A stretch of DNA of 49,063 nucleotides from Brevundimonas sp. (GCA_036963825.1 JBALUZ010000001.1:1-49063); one strand, 5' to 3'. Numbered from the stretch's first letter, positions 32,266 to 46,563 are shown. Notes: generated by a model from the sequence alone, not told the origin. A program made the numbers and translations.

Positions 32266-34011
32266 ATGACGCCGCAAACGGCTGCAATCCGGGCCATCGA
32301 CTATCGCTTCGGCCCGCGCATCGAGGCGGACGGGGTGCGGTTCCGCCTGTGGGCGCCGGACGCCGAGGGCATGGCCGTAGAGATCGAGGGCGGGCCGACG
32401 CTGCCGCTGACGCCTGCCGAAGACGGGTTTCTGGAGGCGCTGGCGCCGTGCGGGCCGGGCGCCCGGTACCGGTTCGTCACCGCCGGGGGGGAGCGGGTCC
32501 CCGATCCGGCCTCGCGCCGACAGGCCGGGGACGTCGACGGGCCCAGCGTGGTGGAGCCGGTCGACGCCTTCGCCTGGCGCAACACGGACTGGATCGGACG
32601 CCCCTGGGCCGAGACCGTCATCTACGAGCTGCACGCCGGGGTCATGGGCGGCTACGCCGGGGTGGCCGAGGCGCTGCCGGCGCTGGCGGCGCTGGGCGTC
32701 ACGGCCATCGAGCTGATGCCGGTCAGCGACTTTTCCGGGACGCGGAACTGGGGCTACGACGGGGTGCTGCCATTCGCGCCGGACAGCGCCTACGGCTCGC
32801 CCGACGACCTCCGAAGCCTGATCGACCGGGCCCACGATCTGGGTCTGATGGTCTTTCTGGATGTGGTCTACAACCACTTCGGACCGGAGGGGAACTGGCT
32901 GCCCAGCTACGCCCCCGCCTTCTTCGACGCGGAAGAACAGACGCCCTGGGGCGCGGCCATCGACTTCCGCAATCCGTCCGTGCGGCGGTTCTTCACCGAG
33001 AACGTCCTGTACTGGCTGCACGCCTTCCGCTTCGACGGTCTGCGGTTCGATGCGGTGCACGCCATCCTCGACCAGAGCTGGCTCACCGAGATGGCGGCCG
33101 AGGTGCGGGCCAGCCTGCCGCCGGAGCGCCACGTCCATCTGATGCTGGAGAACGAGGCCAACACGCCGGGCCTGCTGGAATCCGGCTTCGACGCCCAGTG
33201 GAACGACGACTTCCACAACGTCCTGCACGTTCTGCTGACCGGCGAGACCCACGGCTACTACGAAGCCTTCGCCGACGAGCCGACCGCAAGGCTGGCCCGC
33301 TGTCTGGCCGAGGGTTTCATCTATCAGGGCGAGACCCCGCCGGGCGGCGAGCCGCGCGGGGCCCCGAGCGGCCATCTGCGGCCGACCGCCTTCGTCAGCT
33401 TCCTGCAGAACCACGACCAGACCGGCAACCGGGCCATGGGCGAACGACTGATCGCCCTCGCGCATCCCGAAGCCCTGAGGGCCGCCGTCGCCCTGATGCT
33501 GCTCAGCCCCCAGATCCCGATGCTGTTCATGGGCGAGGAGGTCGGCGCCCGCGAGCCCTTCCTGTTCTTCACCGACTTCCACGACGCGCTCGCCGACGCT
33601 GTCCGGGAAGGCCGCCGCCGGGAATTCGCCAGGGCCCCGGAGTTCGCCGATCCCGAACGCCGCAAGACCATCCCCGACCCCAATGCGCTCGCCACCTTCG
33701 AGGCGTCGCGCTGGACCGATGCGGCCCCCGACGCGGCGAGCTGGCGGGCGCTCTACAAGCGGCTTCTGGCCCTGCGCGCGACGCGGATCGCGCCGCATCT
33801 GGAGGGGGCCCGGTCGCTCGGAGCGCAGGCGCTGGCCGAGGGCTGCGTCACGGCCCGCTGGCGGCTGGGCGACGGCTCGCGCCTGACCCTCGCGGTCAAC
33901 CTCGGCGACGCCGCCGTGGCCGCTGACCTGCCTGCCGTGGAGCCCCTCTACGGCGAGGGCGAGGTCGGCCGGCTGGCCGCGTTCGAGACCCGCGCCTGGA
34001 TCGAACCATGA
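32266..34011 (+). CDS. treZ: Malto-oligosyltrehalose trehalohydrolase
   Basis: RNWGYDGV, DVVYNHFGPEGN, GLRFDAVHAI, LQNHDQTGNR; ATG 32266. Confidence 0.96.
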   Translation: MTPQTAAIRAIDYRFGPRIEADGVRFRLWAPDAEGMAVEIEGGPTLPLTPAEDGFLEALAPCGPGARYRFVTAGGERVPDPASRRQAGDVDGPSVVEPVDAFAWRNTDWIGRPWAETVIYELHAGVMGGYAGVAEALPALAALGVTAIELMPVSDFSGTRNWGYDGVLPFAPDSAYGSPDDLRSLIDRAHDLGLMVFLDVVYNHFGPEGNWLPSYAPAFFDAEEQTPWGAAIDFRNPSVRRFFTENVLYWLHAFRFDGLRFDAVHAILDQSWLTEMAAEVRASLPPERHVHLMLENEANTPGLLESGFDAQWNDDFHNVLHVLLTGETHGYYEAFADEPTARLARCLAEGFIYQGETPPGGEPRGAPSGHLRPTAFVSFLQNHDQTGNRAMGERLIALAHPEALRAAVALMLLSPQIPMLFMGEEVGAREPFLFFTDFHDALADAVREGRRREFARAPEFADPERRKTIPDPNALATFEASRWTDAAPDAASWRALYKRLLALRATRIAPHLEGARSLGAQALAEGCVTARWRLGDGSRLTLAVNLGDAAVAADLPAVEPLYGEGEVGRLAAFETRAWIEP

Positions 34012-35981
34012 GCGACCCCTCGCTTCTGGCGCTCGCATCGCGGGCCGGACTGTCGCCCGCATGGCGCGACTACCGCGGCGAACCGCAAAGCGTTCCGGAG
34101 GACGTCCTGACGGCCCTGCTGGCGGCCATGGGCATTGACGCCAGCGGCAAAGAGGCGCGACGCCACGCGCTGGAGCGTCTGGATCATGAGGCGGCGCAGC
34201 CGCCGGCGATGATCGTGGCGCAGGCCGGCGAACGGGTCGAGATCGCGGGCGAGGGGCCCGCCGAGCTTCACCTCGAGGACGGGGGCGGCGGGGCGCTGAG
34301 GCTGCGCCGCGAGGGCGGGCGGATGTGGTTCCGGGCGCCGCGCCGGCTCGGCTACCACCGCCTGGAGCTGGACGGGGCGGCCGTCACCCTGGCCGTCTGC
34401 CCGCCAGGAGCGATTCGGGTGCGCGACCTTGCTGAAGGGCGAAAGCTGTGGGGGCTCGCCGTGCAGATCTACGCCCTCAACGGCGGCGGCGCGTTCGGCG
34501 ACTTCGGCGACCTGGGCCGGTTTTCCGCCGCGGCGGCCGGTCTCGGCGCGGACGCCGTGGCGGTCAGCCCGGTGCACGCCCTGTTCACCGCCGATCCCGG
34601 CCGCTACGGCCCCTACGGCCCCTCGACCCGGTTGTTTCTCAACCCCCTCTACGCCCGGGCCGGCGCGGCGAGGGAGACGCAGGACGAGGATCTGATCGAC
34701 TGGGCTCCGGCGGCCGCAGCAAAGCTGGCCGCGCTGCGCCGGGACTACGACGCCTTCGTCCGATCGGGCGAGGGCCGCACGGCGTTCGACGCCTTCGTGC
34801 GGGACGGCGGAGACCTGCTGCTGGCCCATGGCCGGTTCGAGGCCCTCGACGCCCGGTTCCGGCCGCAGGGTCTCCACGTCTGGCGCGACTGGCCCGACGG
34901 CTACGCCGACGCCGACAGCGCGGCCGTGCGCGCCCTGTCCGCGGACCAGCCCGAGATCGAATTCCACCTCTACGCCCAGTGGCGCGCCGACGCCGATCTC
35001 GCTGCGGCCCAGGCGACGGCGCGCGAGGCGGGCATGGCCATCGGCCTGATCGCCGACATGGCGGTGGGCATGGACGGCTGGGGCAGTCATGCCTGGAGCC
35101 GGCCCGACGACATCCTCACCGGCGTCAGCGTCGGGGCTCCGCCAGACCTCCTGGGGCCCGACGGGCAGAGCTGGGGTCTGACCACCTTCTCGCCCACGGC
35201 GCTGCGGCGCACCGGCTATGCGCCCTTCCTCGCCACCCTGCGCGCCTCGATGCGGCGCGCCGGCGGCGTCCGCATCGACCACGCCATCGGGCTGCAGCGG
35301 CTGTGGGTGACGCCCGAGGGACGGCCGGCGTCGGACGGCGCCTATCTGGCCTATCCGCGCGACGACCTGCTGAACCTGATCGCCCTGGAGTCGCACCGGC
35401 ACGGCGCGGTGGTCATCGGCGAGGATCTGGGCACCGTGCCCGAAGGCTTCCGCGAGGCCAGCACCGCGGCGGGCATGGCCGGCATGCGGGTGCTCTGGTT
35501 CGAGCGGAACCCGGACGGCGGCTTCAGCGCGCCCCGCAAATGGGGCCGGGACGCCGTGGCCATGACCACCACCCACGACCTGCCAACCATCGCCGGCTGG
35601 TGGCGCGGCCGCGACATTGACTGGCGCGCTCGCATCCACCCCGAAGGCGACGACACCGGCGCCCGGGCCGAGCGGGACGCCGACCGGAGCCGCCTCTGGC
35701 AAGCCATGGTGCGGTCGGGCGCGGCCGAAGGGCCGGAACCGCGGGTCGAAGACGCCGCCGACGCCGTCCTGCCCGCCCTCCTCCATGTGGCCGGCAGCGC
35801 CTGCGATCTGGCCATCCTGCCGGTCGAGGACGCCCTGGGCGAGGTCGAGCAGCCGAACCTGCCGGGCACCACCACAGAGCATCCGAACTGGCGACGGCGG
35901 CTGCCCCGTGGCGACGGGCTGGACCAGCCCGCGGTCGCCGCGCGGCTGTCCGCCGTCGATGCAACAAGGAAACGCCTTTGA
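34008..35981 (+). CDS. malQ: 4-alpha-glucanotransferase (amylomaltase)
   Basis: GAPPDLLGPDGQSWG, VRIDHAIGL, IGEDLGTVP, TTHDLPT, NLPGT..HPNWRR. Confidence 0.96.
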   Translation: MSDPSLLALASRAGLSPAWRDYRGEPQSVPEDVLTALLAAMGIDASGKEARRHALERLDHEAAQPPAMIVAQAGERVEIAGEGPAELHLEDGGGGALRLRREGGRMWFRAPRRLGYHRLELDGAAVTLAVCPPGAIRVRDLAEGRKLWGLAVQIYALNGGGAFGDFGDLGRFSAAAAGLGADAVAVSPVHALFTADPGRYGPYGPSTRLFLNPLYARAGAARETQDEDLIDWAPAAAAKLAALRRDYDAFVRSGEGRTAFDAFVRDGGDLLLAHGRFEALDARFRPQGLHVWRDWPDGYADADSAAVRALSADQPEIEFHLYAQWRADADLAAAQATAREAGMAIGLIADMAVGMDGWGSHAWSRPDDILTGVSVGAPPDLLGPDGQSWGLTTFSPTALRRTGYAPFLATLRASMRRAGGVRIDHAIGLQRLWVTPEGRPASDGAYLAYPRDDLLNLIALESHRHGAVVIGEDLGTVPEGFREASTAAGMAGMRVLWFERNPDGGFSAPRKWGRDAVAMTTTHDLPTIAGWWRGRDIDWRARIHPEGDDTGARAERDADRSRLWQAMVRSGAAEGPEPRVEDAADAVLPALLHVAGSACDLAILPVEDALGEVEQPNLPGTTTEHPNWRRRLPRGDGLDQPAVAARLSAVDATRKRL

Positions 35982-38536
35982 CGCTCCGATCCAGCCTGCC
36001 GCGCGCCACCTACCGGCTGCAGTTCCACAAGGGGTTCACCTTCGATGACGCCGTCGCGATCGTGCCCTATCTGGCCGATCTCGGGATCAGCCACGTCTAT
36101 GCCTCGCCGATCCTGACGGCGCGGGCGGGGTCGATGCACGGCTATGACGGGGTCGATCCGACCGCGGTCAATCCCGAGCTCGGGGGCGAGGCGGGCTTCC
36201 GCCGGCTGTGCGCAGCCCTGGCTGAACGTGGCATGGGGGTGATCGCGGACATCGTGCCCAACCACATGGCCGTGGGCGGCGCCGACAACCGCTGGTGGCT
36301 GGACGTTCTGGAGAAGGGCCGAGACAGCGCCTTCGCCGACTGGTTCGACATCGATTTCGACGGCCCCGAGCCGGACCTGCAGGGCAAGGTCCTCGCCCCC
36401 TTCCTCGGCGCCCCCTATGCCGAGGCGCTGGCCGACGGATCGCTGACGCTGGTCTGGGACCCGGCCCTCCAGAAGCTGGCCTTCGCCTACGGGCCGCACC
36501 GCTTCCCCCTGCGGCCGGAGGATTATGCAGAGGTGGGCGGTTCCGACCCGGCCAGCGCCGATCTCGGCGCCTGGAACGATCCGCCCCGGCTGCACGCCCT
36601 GCTGGAACGGCAGAATTTCCGTCTCGCCCTGTGGCGCGTGGCCGGCGACGTCATCAACTGGCGGCGCTTCTTCGACATCAGCGAACTGGCCGGGCTGCGC
36701 ATGGAGAACCCGGAGACGTTCGACGCCGTGCATGCGGTGATTTTCCGGCTGTATGCAGACGGTCTGATCGACGGGGTGCGGATCGATCATGTGGACGGCC
36801 TGTCAGACCCCGCCGCCTACTGCCGCACCCTGCGATCACGGCTGGACAGGCTCGCTGCGCAGCGGCCGGCGGACGCCGCAGCCGGCCCCGCCTACATCGT
36901 CGTGGAGAAGATCCTCGCCGCCGACGAGGCGCTGCCGGACGACTGGGGGGTGCAGGGCTCCAGCGGCTACGACTTCATGAACCAGGTCTCGGCGCTGCAG
37001 CACGATCCGGAGGGCGCCGCGCCCCTGACGGCGCTGTGGACGGACGTCAGCGGCCGCGCCGCCGGGTTCGAGGCCGAGGAAACCGCCGCCCGGGTCGAGA
37101 TCCTGACCGGGGCGTTCGAGGGCCAACTGAGCGGAGCGGCCCGCGCACTGCGCCGGCTCGCCGCCGCACGGATCGAGACTCGCGAGTTGACCACGGCGGC
37201 CCTGCGGCGGGCGCTGATCCGCTGGATCACCCATCTGAGGGTCTATCGCAGCTACGCCACCGGCCGCGCCGACAGCCCCGCTCCCGGCGAGGCGGTGGAC
37301 CGGGCGCTCGATCTGGCGCGCGCCGGGACGCCCGCCGAGGCCGCCGCGGTCGACTTCATCGCAGCGCTGCTGCAAGGGCCGCAGGACGCGTCAGACGCGA
37401 CCGCGGAGGCCGTGCGGCGTCTCAACCAGCTGACGGCCCCGGTCACGGCCAAGGCGGTGGAGGACACCGCCTTCTACCGCTACGGCCGGCTGCTGTCGCG
37501 CAACGACGTGGGCCTCGAGCCCGGCCGCCTGTCCATGAGCGCCGAGGCTTTCCTGAAGTCAGGGGTCGACCGCGCGGCCCGCTGGCCGCATGCGATGCTG
37601 GCCACGGCGACCCACGATCACAAGCGCGGCGAGGACGTGCGGGCGCGGCTGGCGGTCCTGAGCGAGATTCCCGACGCATGGACCTCAGCCGTGCGGCTGT
37701 GGTTCAGGATGAACGACGATGTCCGCCCGGCGGGCATCGCGCCGGACGACGAATACCAGCTGTACCAGACTTTGATCGGGGCCTGGCCGACCGGGCTGAG
37801 GGCCGACGATGCGGAGGGGCTGGCCGCGTTCGCCACGCGCCTTGAGGCCTGGCGCGAGAAGTCCTTGCGGGAGGCGAAGCTGAGGTCGTCCTGGGCCTGG
37901 CCGGACGAGGCCTGTGAGGCGGCGCACCGCGACTTCATCCGCGCCCTGCTGGATCCGCGACGGTCGCCGCGCTTCCTGACGGAGGTGGCGGGTTTTGCGG
38001 GCCGTATCGCCCCGGCCGGCGCGGTCAACGGGGTGGTCCAGGCGGCGCTCCGCTGCCTCTGGCCCGGCGTGCCGGATCTCTATCAGGGGGCCGAGCTGGA
38101 GGACCTGAGTCTAGTCGATCCGGACAACCGCCGGCCGGTCGACTATGGCCGGGCGGCCAGGCTGCTGGCCCGGGACGGCCCGGCTGACGCGCCCGGCGCC
38201 GGGAAGCTGCGGACCGTGGCGCGACTGCTCGCCCTGCGCGCCGCCGATCCCCAGCTGTTCGCCCACGGGTCGCTGGAGCCCGTGACGGTTGAGGGGGTGC
38301 GCGCCGGCCACCTGCTGGCGTTCCGTCGGCGGCTGGAAGGGCGCGGCTTCGTCGCCGCAGTCCCGATCCGGATCGCCGCGGCGCTGCAGGGCGAAGCGGC
38401 GCCCGCCCGGGGCTGGTGGGGCGACACCCGCTATGAGGTGGACGGGCGATATGTCCTCGCCGCAGACTCCCTGGCGGATGGAAGCGTCGCCTGGCACCGG
38501 CTTGCCGGGCCAGGCCGCAACGAAGGCGCGGCGTGA
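35978..38536 (+). CDS. treY: Malto-oligosyltrehalose synthase
   Basis: PRATYRLQF, DIVPNHM, INWRRFFDI, RIDHVDGL, VVEKIL, ATHDHKRGEDVRAR; TTG start overlapping the malQ stop. Confidence 0.96.
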   Translation: MTLRSSLPRATYRLQFHKGFTFDDAVAIVPYLADLGISHVYASPILTARAGSMHGYDGVDPTAVNPELGGEAGFRRLCAALAERGMGVIADIVPNHMAVGGADNRWWLDVLEKGRDSAFADWFDIDFDGPEPDLQGKVLAPFLGAPYAEALADGSLTLVWDPALQKLAFAYGPHRFPLRPEDYAEVGGSDPASADLGAWNDPPRLHALLERQNFRLALWRVAGDVINWRRFFDISELAGLRMENPETFDAVHAVIFRLYADGLIDGVRIDHVDGLSDPAAYCRTLRSRLDRLAAQRPADAAAGPAYIVVEKILAADEALPDDWGVQGSSGYDFMNQVSALQHDPEGAAPLTALWTDVSGRAAGFEAEETAARVEILTGAFEGQLSGAARALRRLAAARIETRELTTAALRRALIRWITHLRVYRSYATGRADSPAPGEAVDRALDLARAGTPAEAAAVDFIAALLQGPQDASDATAEAVRRLNQLTAPVTAKAVEDTAFYRYGRLLSRNDVGLEPGRLSMSAEAFLKSGVDRAARWPHAMLATATHDHKRGEDVRARLAVLSEIPDAWTSAVRLWFRMNDDVRPAGIAPDDEYQLYQTLIGAWPTGLRADDAEGLAAFATRLEAWREKSLREAKLRSSWAWPDEACEAAHRDFIRALLDPRRSPRFLTEVAGFAGRIAPAGAVNGVVQAALRCLWPGVPDLYQGAELEDLSLVDPDNRRPVDYGRAARLLARDGPADAPGAGKLRTVARLLALRAADPQLFAHGSLEPVTVEGVRAGHLLAFRRRLEGRGFVAAVPIRIAAALQGEAAPARGWWGDTRYEVDGRYVLAADSLADGSVAWHRLAGPGRNEGAA

Positions 38537-38541
38537 ACGTT
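38517..38541 (+). promoter_or_regulatory. Internal sigmaT/EcfG-like promoter for glgX
   Basis: GCAAC-N16-CGTT overlapping the treY stop codon. Confidence 0.55.
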
Positions 38542-38673
38542 GAGGAAGGATCACTGTCCGGAGGTCCTGTGTCCGGATCATCACCATCCGGCCGCCGCGC
38601 CATCTGCGCGGCCCAGGCCCTCCTGCGCCAGACTCCCTGACGCCCCTGTCCCCGATCGTTCGCGAGCCGCTCC

Positions 38674-40788
<2,115 letters not shown>

Positions 40789-40859
40789 GGCGCGGCGGAG
40801 CGGCTACCCCGCCGGCCCGGTGACCAGCCTTGCGCGAGATCCGGACGGTGTGCCGGGTC

Positions 40860-42395
<1,536 letters not shown>

Positions 42396-42421
42396 TTAAG
42401 ATGGAGATTATTAACATCTAC

Positions 42422-42439
42422 TATATAGAACACGATATA
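42422..42439. promoter_or_regulatory. OhrR/MarR-type AT-rich inverted repeat
   Basis: TATATAGAACACGATATA (TATATnG-N4-CnATATA) between the divergent mcp and marR genes. Confidence 0.55.
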
Positions 42440-42481
42440 AATTCGTCTGATCATATTCCGCTCTCCGGATCGGAATAGCTG

Positions 42482-42967
42482 ATGGCGAGCATCTCATCCG
42501 ACGCCGGAAAAGCCGGCGCAGATTTCGCGGAGCTGCATGTGGACCAACAGCTCTGTCTCGCCCTGCAGACGAGCAGCAGCCTCATCACGAGGCTGTACAG
42601 ACGGCTGCTCGCGCCCCTGGGGCTCACCCACCCTCAGTACCTGGTGCTGATCGCCCTGTGGGAATTCGACCGGCCGGCCACCATGGGGGAGATCGGCGAT
42701 CGGGTGGCCATGGAGACGGGGTCGCTCACCCCGCTCGTGAAACGCATGGAGACGGCAGGCCTCGTCTCCCGGCAACGCGACACCCGCGACGAACGCAAGG
42801 TCTGGGTCGCACTGACAGAGAAGGCGGCAGGACTGCGCAGCGACGTCCTCGAGATTCGCCGCGAGGTGGTCCGGCAGCTGCCGATCAGCCAGCAGCAGAT
42901 CTCGGCGCTGCGCAGCATGCTCCAGGACATGAACGACGCCCTGAGCACGGCCGACGGGCCGGACTAG
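42482..42967 (+). CDS. MarR family regulator, OhrR-like (single Cys)
   Basis: DQQLCLAL, YRRLLAPLGLTHPQYLVL, LTPLVKRME, RDERKV. Confidence 0.9.
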   Translation: MASISSDAGKAGADFAELHVDQQLCLALQTSSSLITRLYRRLLAPLGLTHPQYLVLIALWEFDRPATMGEIGDRVAMETGSLTPLVKRMETAGLVSRQRDTRDERKVWVALTEKAAGLRSDVLEIRREVVRQLPISQQQISALRSMLQDMNDALSTADGPD

Positions 42968-43917
42968 CGCCAGTCCTCCGCCGGCCCCACGGGCACCACC
43001 CCCGACGGATTGATCTGGCGGTGGCTCTGGTAATAGTGCCGCTTGATGTGCTCGACGTTGACGGTTTCAGAAACGCCGGGCAGGCCATGGATGGCGCGCA
43101 CGTAACGGGCCAGGGCCGGGTAGTCGACGATGCGGCGCAGGTTGCACTTGAAGTGGCCGTGATAGACCAGGTCGAAGCGGATCAGGGTCGTGAACAGCCG
43201 GATGTCGGCTTCGGTCAGGCGGTCGCCGGTGAGCCAGGTCGAGCGCGTCAGTCGCGCCTCCAGCCAGTCAAGGGACTCAAACAGCGGACCGACCGCCTCG
43301 TCATAGGCGTCCTGGTTGGCTGCGAAGCCGGCCCGGTAGACCCCGTTGTTCACGGTGGCGTAGATGCGATCGTTCAGGGCGTCGATCTCCGGCCGCAGGT
43401 CGTCGGGATAGAAATCGCCCACAGCCGCGCCCAGCCCGTCGAAGGCGCCGTTGAACATGCGGATGATGTCGGCGGACTCGTTGGAAACGATGGTTTCCCG
43501 GGTCTTGTCCCACAAGACCGGCACGGTGACCTTGCCCGTATAGCCGGGGTCCGCCGCGGTATAGACCTGGTGCAGGTAATCAGCGCCGTGGATCGGATCG
43601 CCGGTCACGTCCGGGCCCGGCGCGAAGGTCCATCCCTTGTCGCGCATCAGCCAGTGCACCGTCGAGACGCCGATCATGGGCTCCAGGCCCTTGAGCCGGC
43701 GCATGATCAGCGTGCGGTGCGCCCACGGACAGGCGAGGCTGACATACAGGTGGTACCGGCCCGACTCGGCCCTGAAGCCGCCTTCGCCGGACGGGCCCGC
43801 CTCGCCGTCGGCCGTCACCCAGTTGCGGAACTGGCTGTCCTTGCGCTTGAAGCGGCCGTCCGTCTCGTCGACGAAAACGTCGTCGGCCTGCCACCTTCCA
43901 TTGACCAGTTGCCCCAA
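42964..43917 (-). CDS. yqjG: Glutathionyl-hydroquinone reductase (GST Xi class, YqjG/ECM4-like)
   Basis: YVSLACPWAHR, VTVPVLWD, NESADI, VNNGVYRAGF, HIKRHYY; TTG start with AGGAG RBS. Confidence 0.93.
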   Translation of the reverse strand: MGQLVNGRWQADDVFVDETDGRFKRKDSQFRNWVTADGEAGPSGEGGFRAESGRYHLYVSLACPWAHRTLIMRRLKGLEPMIGVSTVHWLMRDKGWTFAPGPDVTGDPIHGADYLHQVYTAADPGYTGKVTVPVLWDKTRETIVSNESADIIRMFNGAFDGLGAAVGDFYPDDLRPEIDALNDRIYATVNNGVYRAGFAANQDAYDEAVGPLFESLDWLEARLTRSTWLTGDRLTEADIRLFTTLIRFDLVYHGHFKCNLRRIVDYPALARYVRAIHGLPGVSETVNVEHIKRHYYQSHRQINPSGVVPVGPAEDWR

Positions 43918-43953
43918 GGCGCTCTCCTTCGTCAGGGTAAGAGGTGGAGGGCC

Positions 43954-43978
43954 AACGGCTCAGGCCGCCGTCGGTTCG
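43954..43978 (-). promoter_or_regulatory. SigmaT/EcfG-like promoter for the GST gene
   Basis: Minus-strand CGAAC-N16-CGTT, 36 bp upstream of the start. Confidence 0.45.
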
Positions 43979-44012
43979 ACCGACAGCGGCAAGGCCGTCC
44001 TGTCCTGCACGC

Positions 44013-46448
44013 CTAGCGCAGGGCGGCCGCGACCTCCGTCAGGACATCAGACAGAGCCGCGGCGCGTCGCGCATCGGCGGCGCCGGCCTGGGCCTGAACG
44101 CCGCCGGCCAGCGTCTGCAGCGTCGACGCGAGCTCTGCATCCGGTCGCCGGGCCTCCATGCGGGCCGCGGCCTGATCCAGGGCCGTGGTCAGGGTGGAGA
44201 CGGCGTCCCCCGACAGGGCTCCAGCGCGCGCCAGCTGATCCACATAGGCCTGCGCCACCACCGGGTGGGCCGGCCAGGTCACGGGATTCTGCTGCTGCGG
44301 ATTGAAGGTCCCGCCCTGGTCGGCCATGGCGGCCGCGGCGATCTCGGCCTCGGACAGATGGTCGCTGGGCTGCAGGGTCAACACGTCCAGGCCCCGGACG
44401 ATCTCGGTGCCGTAGATGCGGCCGTCATACCAGTAGGCGGACCAGTAGCCGCCCAGGATCGCGTGCTCGCCGTCCACGGCGCCCCGGTCGAAGTAGGCGA
44501 TCTCGACCGGATTGGCGGAGTCCGTGAAATCGATCACCGAGACGCCGCCCTGATACCAGGCCTGAACGAAGATGTCGCGGCCGGGCACGGGAACGATGGA
44601 GCCGTTGTGGGCGACACAGTTCTCCATCTCGCTCTGGGGGGCCGGCAGCTTGTAGTAGCCGCGCCGCTCCAGCTGGCCGTCCACGATGTCGTAGAAGGCG
44701 TTGGCGCCCCAGGTCACCGGATCCTGCACCCGGCAGCGCGGACGGGCGCCGCCGCCCCATTCATCGGTGAACAGCACCTTGGTGCCGTCGTTGTTGAAGG
44801 TGGCCGAGTGCCAGTAGGCGAAGCCCGGATCATTGACCGCGTCGATGCGGCGCGGCGCGCGCGGATCGCTGATGTCCAGGATGATGCCGTTGCCCGAACA
44901 GGCGCCCGCCGCCAGGTTCGCGGACGGGAAAACCGTGATGTCGTGGCACTGGTCGGTGCGGCTGGTGCGCTGGGTGCCTTCTCCATGGTCCCCGCCCTGC
45001 CAGAGCCCGGCCACGACGCCGGTGTCGTCGTCGGCGAACACGCGCGGGCTGTCGATGATGCGCGATCGCGACGGGTCCGCCAGCGGAATCTCGATCACGT
45101 CGATGCTGAACAGGGCCGTGCGCGGATCGCCCGGCAGGCCGACGACGCAGCCGGCCAGCTCGGCCTCGTCGCGGACCGACGAGGTGCCCGAGTTATAGAC
45201 GATGATCGACCGCTCGTCGGACGACACCACCGAGTGGGTGTGGGAGCCGCGGCAGGTCTGGACCTGCCCCACCTGCACCGGGCGGACCGGGTCGCTGATG
45301 TCGAAGATGCGCAGGCCGCGGAATCGATCGGGGCTGACGTCCTCGCTGATCCCTTCGCGGCCGCAATCCACTCGGGCCGTGGTCTGCTCCACCGACATGA
45401 TCAGCAGGTCGCCGACGATGGAGACGTCGCCCTGGCCGCCCGGGCACACCACCGAACTGACCAGCCGGGGCTCGGCGTCGCCGATCCGGTACAGGTTGAA
45501 GCCGTGGTAGTTGCCCGCCGCCATCAGGTCGCCGGAGAAGGCCATGTCGGTGTTGGCGAAGCTGAGGAAGGGGCCGCGCCGGCCGAAGCGGCCCGGCGTC
45601 TCTTCCCCGCGCTCGCCTTCGGCGGCCTCGTCCTCGGCGGGGATCGGGGGCGGCAGGCCGGCGGGGTTCGCCGGATCATAGAACCCGGCCGGCTTGGGCA
45701 GGCTGGCGATCAGGGTCATGTTGGCCGCGGCCTCGCCCGCGTCGCGGAAACCGGGCGTCAGGCTGGAGCGGGGATCATCGGTCAGGCTGCGGGCCAGCCC
45801 GGTCATGCGGTTGATCTCCGCCTGCTGCTCGTTGGTGACGTCCGTGATGAACTCGTAGAGCACCGGATCATAGGCGGACCCGGGGCGCCCCAGCAGGTCA
45901 TCCACCATCTCGACCGCGCCCGCGTGGTGGGCGATCATCAGATCCAGGAAAAGGCGATCAAAGGCCGGACCGCTGGCGGCGGCGAGGCGGCTGATCTGCT
46001 CGGGGGTCGCCATCCCGGCCATGGTCATGTGGGCATGGCCCGCGCCGTGGCCGGCGTGGTCGCCATGACCGGCCATGGCCGCAGGATCGGGCGCATCCTG
46101 CCCCCGCTGGCGCAGCCAGTCCTGCATGAACGCGATCTCGTCGGCCTGCGAGGCGTCGATGCGAGCGGCCACTGCGACGATGTCCGGGGTGTTGGTGCGG
46201 TCCGCCACCAGGGCGGTCATCACGGTCGCCTGATGGTGGTGGTGGATCATGTCCTGCATGAACCGCACATCGTCAGCGGAATAACGATTGTCCGCGATGC
46301 GGGCCGCCTCCTCCGCCGTCAGGGCGCGCGGCGCCTGTCCGGGGGCGCCGGGCTGGACGATGGGCGCGTCCTGCGCCGCGGCGGCGCCGGCGGCCATCAG
46401 GCTGAGGACGGAGCATCCAACCAGAAGGCGGGCGGCGGCGGATTTCAT
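44013..46448 (-). CDS. Exported DUF305 plus LVIVD-repeat (beta-propeller) protein
   Basis: Signal peptide; DVRFMQDMIHHHHQA and FDRLFLDLMIAHHAGA (DUF305); GLRIFDISDP, IILDISDP and SVIDFTD repeats. Confidence 0.85.
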   Translation of the reverse strand: MKSAAARLLVGCSVLSLMAAGAAAAQDAPIVQPGAPGQAPRALTAEEAARIADNRYSADDVRFMQDMIHHHHQATVMTALVADRTNTPDIVAVAARIDASQADEIAFMQDWLRQRGQDAPDPAAMAGHGDHAGHGAGHAHMTMAGMATPEQISRLAAASGPAFDRLFLDLMIAHHAGAVEMVDDLLGRPGSAYDPVLYEFITDVTNEQQAEINRMTGLARSLTDDPRSSLTPGFRDAGEAAANMTLIASLPKPAGFYDPANPAGLPPPIPAEDEAAEGERGEETPGRFGRRGPFLSFANTDMAFSGDLMAAGNYHGFNLYRIGDAEPRLVSSVVCPGGQGDVSIVGDLLIMSVEQTTARVDCGREGISEDVSPDRFRGLRIFDISDPVRPVQVGQVQTCRGSHTHSVVSSDERSIIVYNSGTSSVRDEAELAGCVVGLPGDPRTALFSIDVIEIPLADPSRSRIIDSPRVFADDDTGVVAGLWQGGDHGEGTQRTSRTDQCHDITVFPSANLAAGACSGNGIILDISDPRAPRRIDAVNDPGFAYWHSATFNNDGTKVLFTDEWGGGARPRCRVQDPVTWGANAFYDIVDGQLERRGYYKLPAPQSEMENCVAHNGSIVPVPGRDIFVQAWYQGGVSVIDFTDSANPVEIAYFDRGAVDGEHAILGGYWSAYWYDGRIYGTEIVRGLDVLTLQPSDHLSEAEIAAAAMADQGGTFNPQQQNPVTWPAHPVVAQAYVDQLARAGALSGDAVSTLTTALDQAAARMEARRPDAELASTLQTLAGGVQAQAGAADARRAAALSDVLTEVAAALR

Positions 46449-46563
46449 GGACAAGGGCAGTCTCCCCACTAACGATCCGGCGACCCTAGCACGGCCCCGC
46501 TTGATGGCGACCCCCGCCCCGCAGCTCTTGTTCCGGCTCCGGGCATGAGGCAAAGCGCGGGGC

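Noticed and set aside
42396-42415. CtrA site upstream of the PAS mcp
   Set aside because: The two TTAA half-sites are 11 bp apart rather than 7.
43944-46472. 842-aa plus-strand ORF
   Set aside because: Antisense to the DUF305-LVIVD gene; low-complexity translation.
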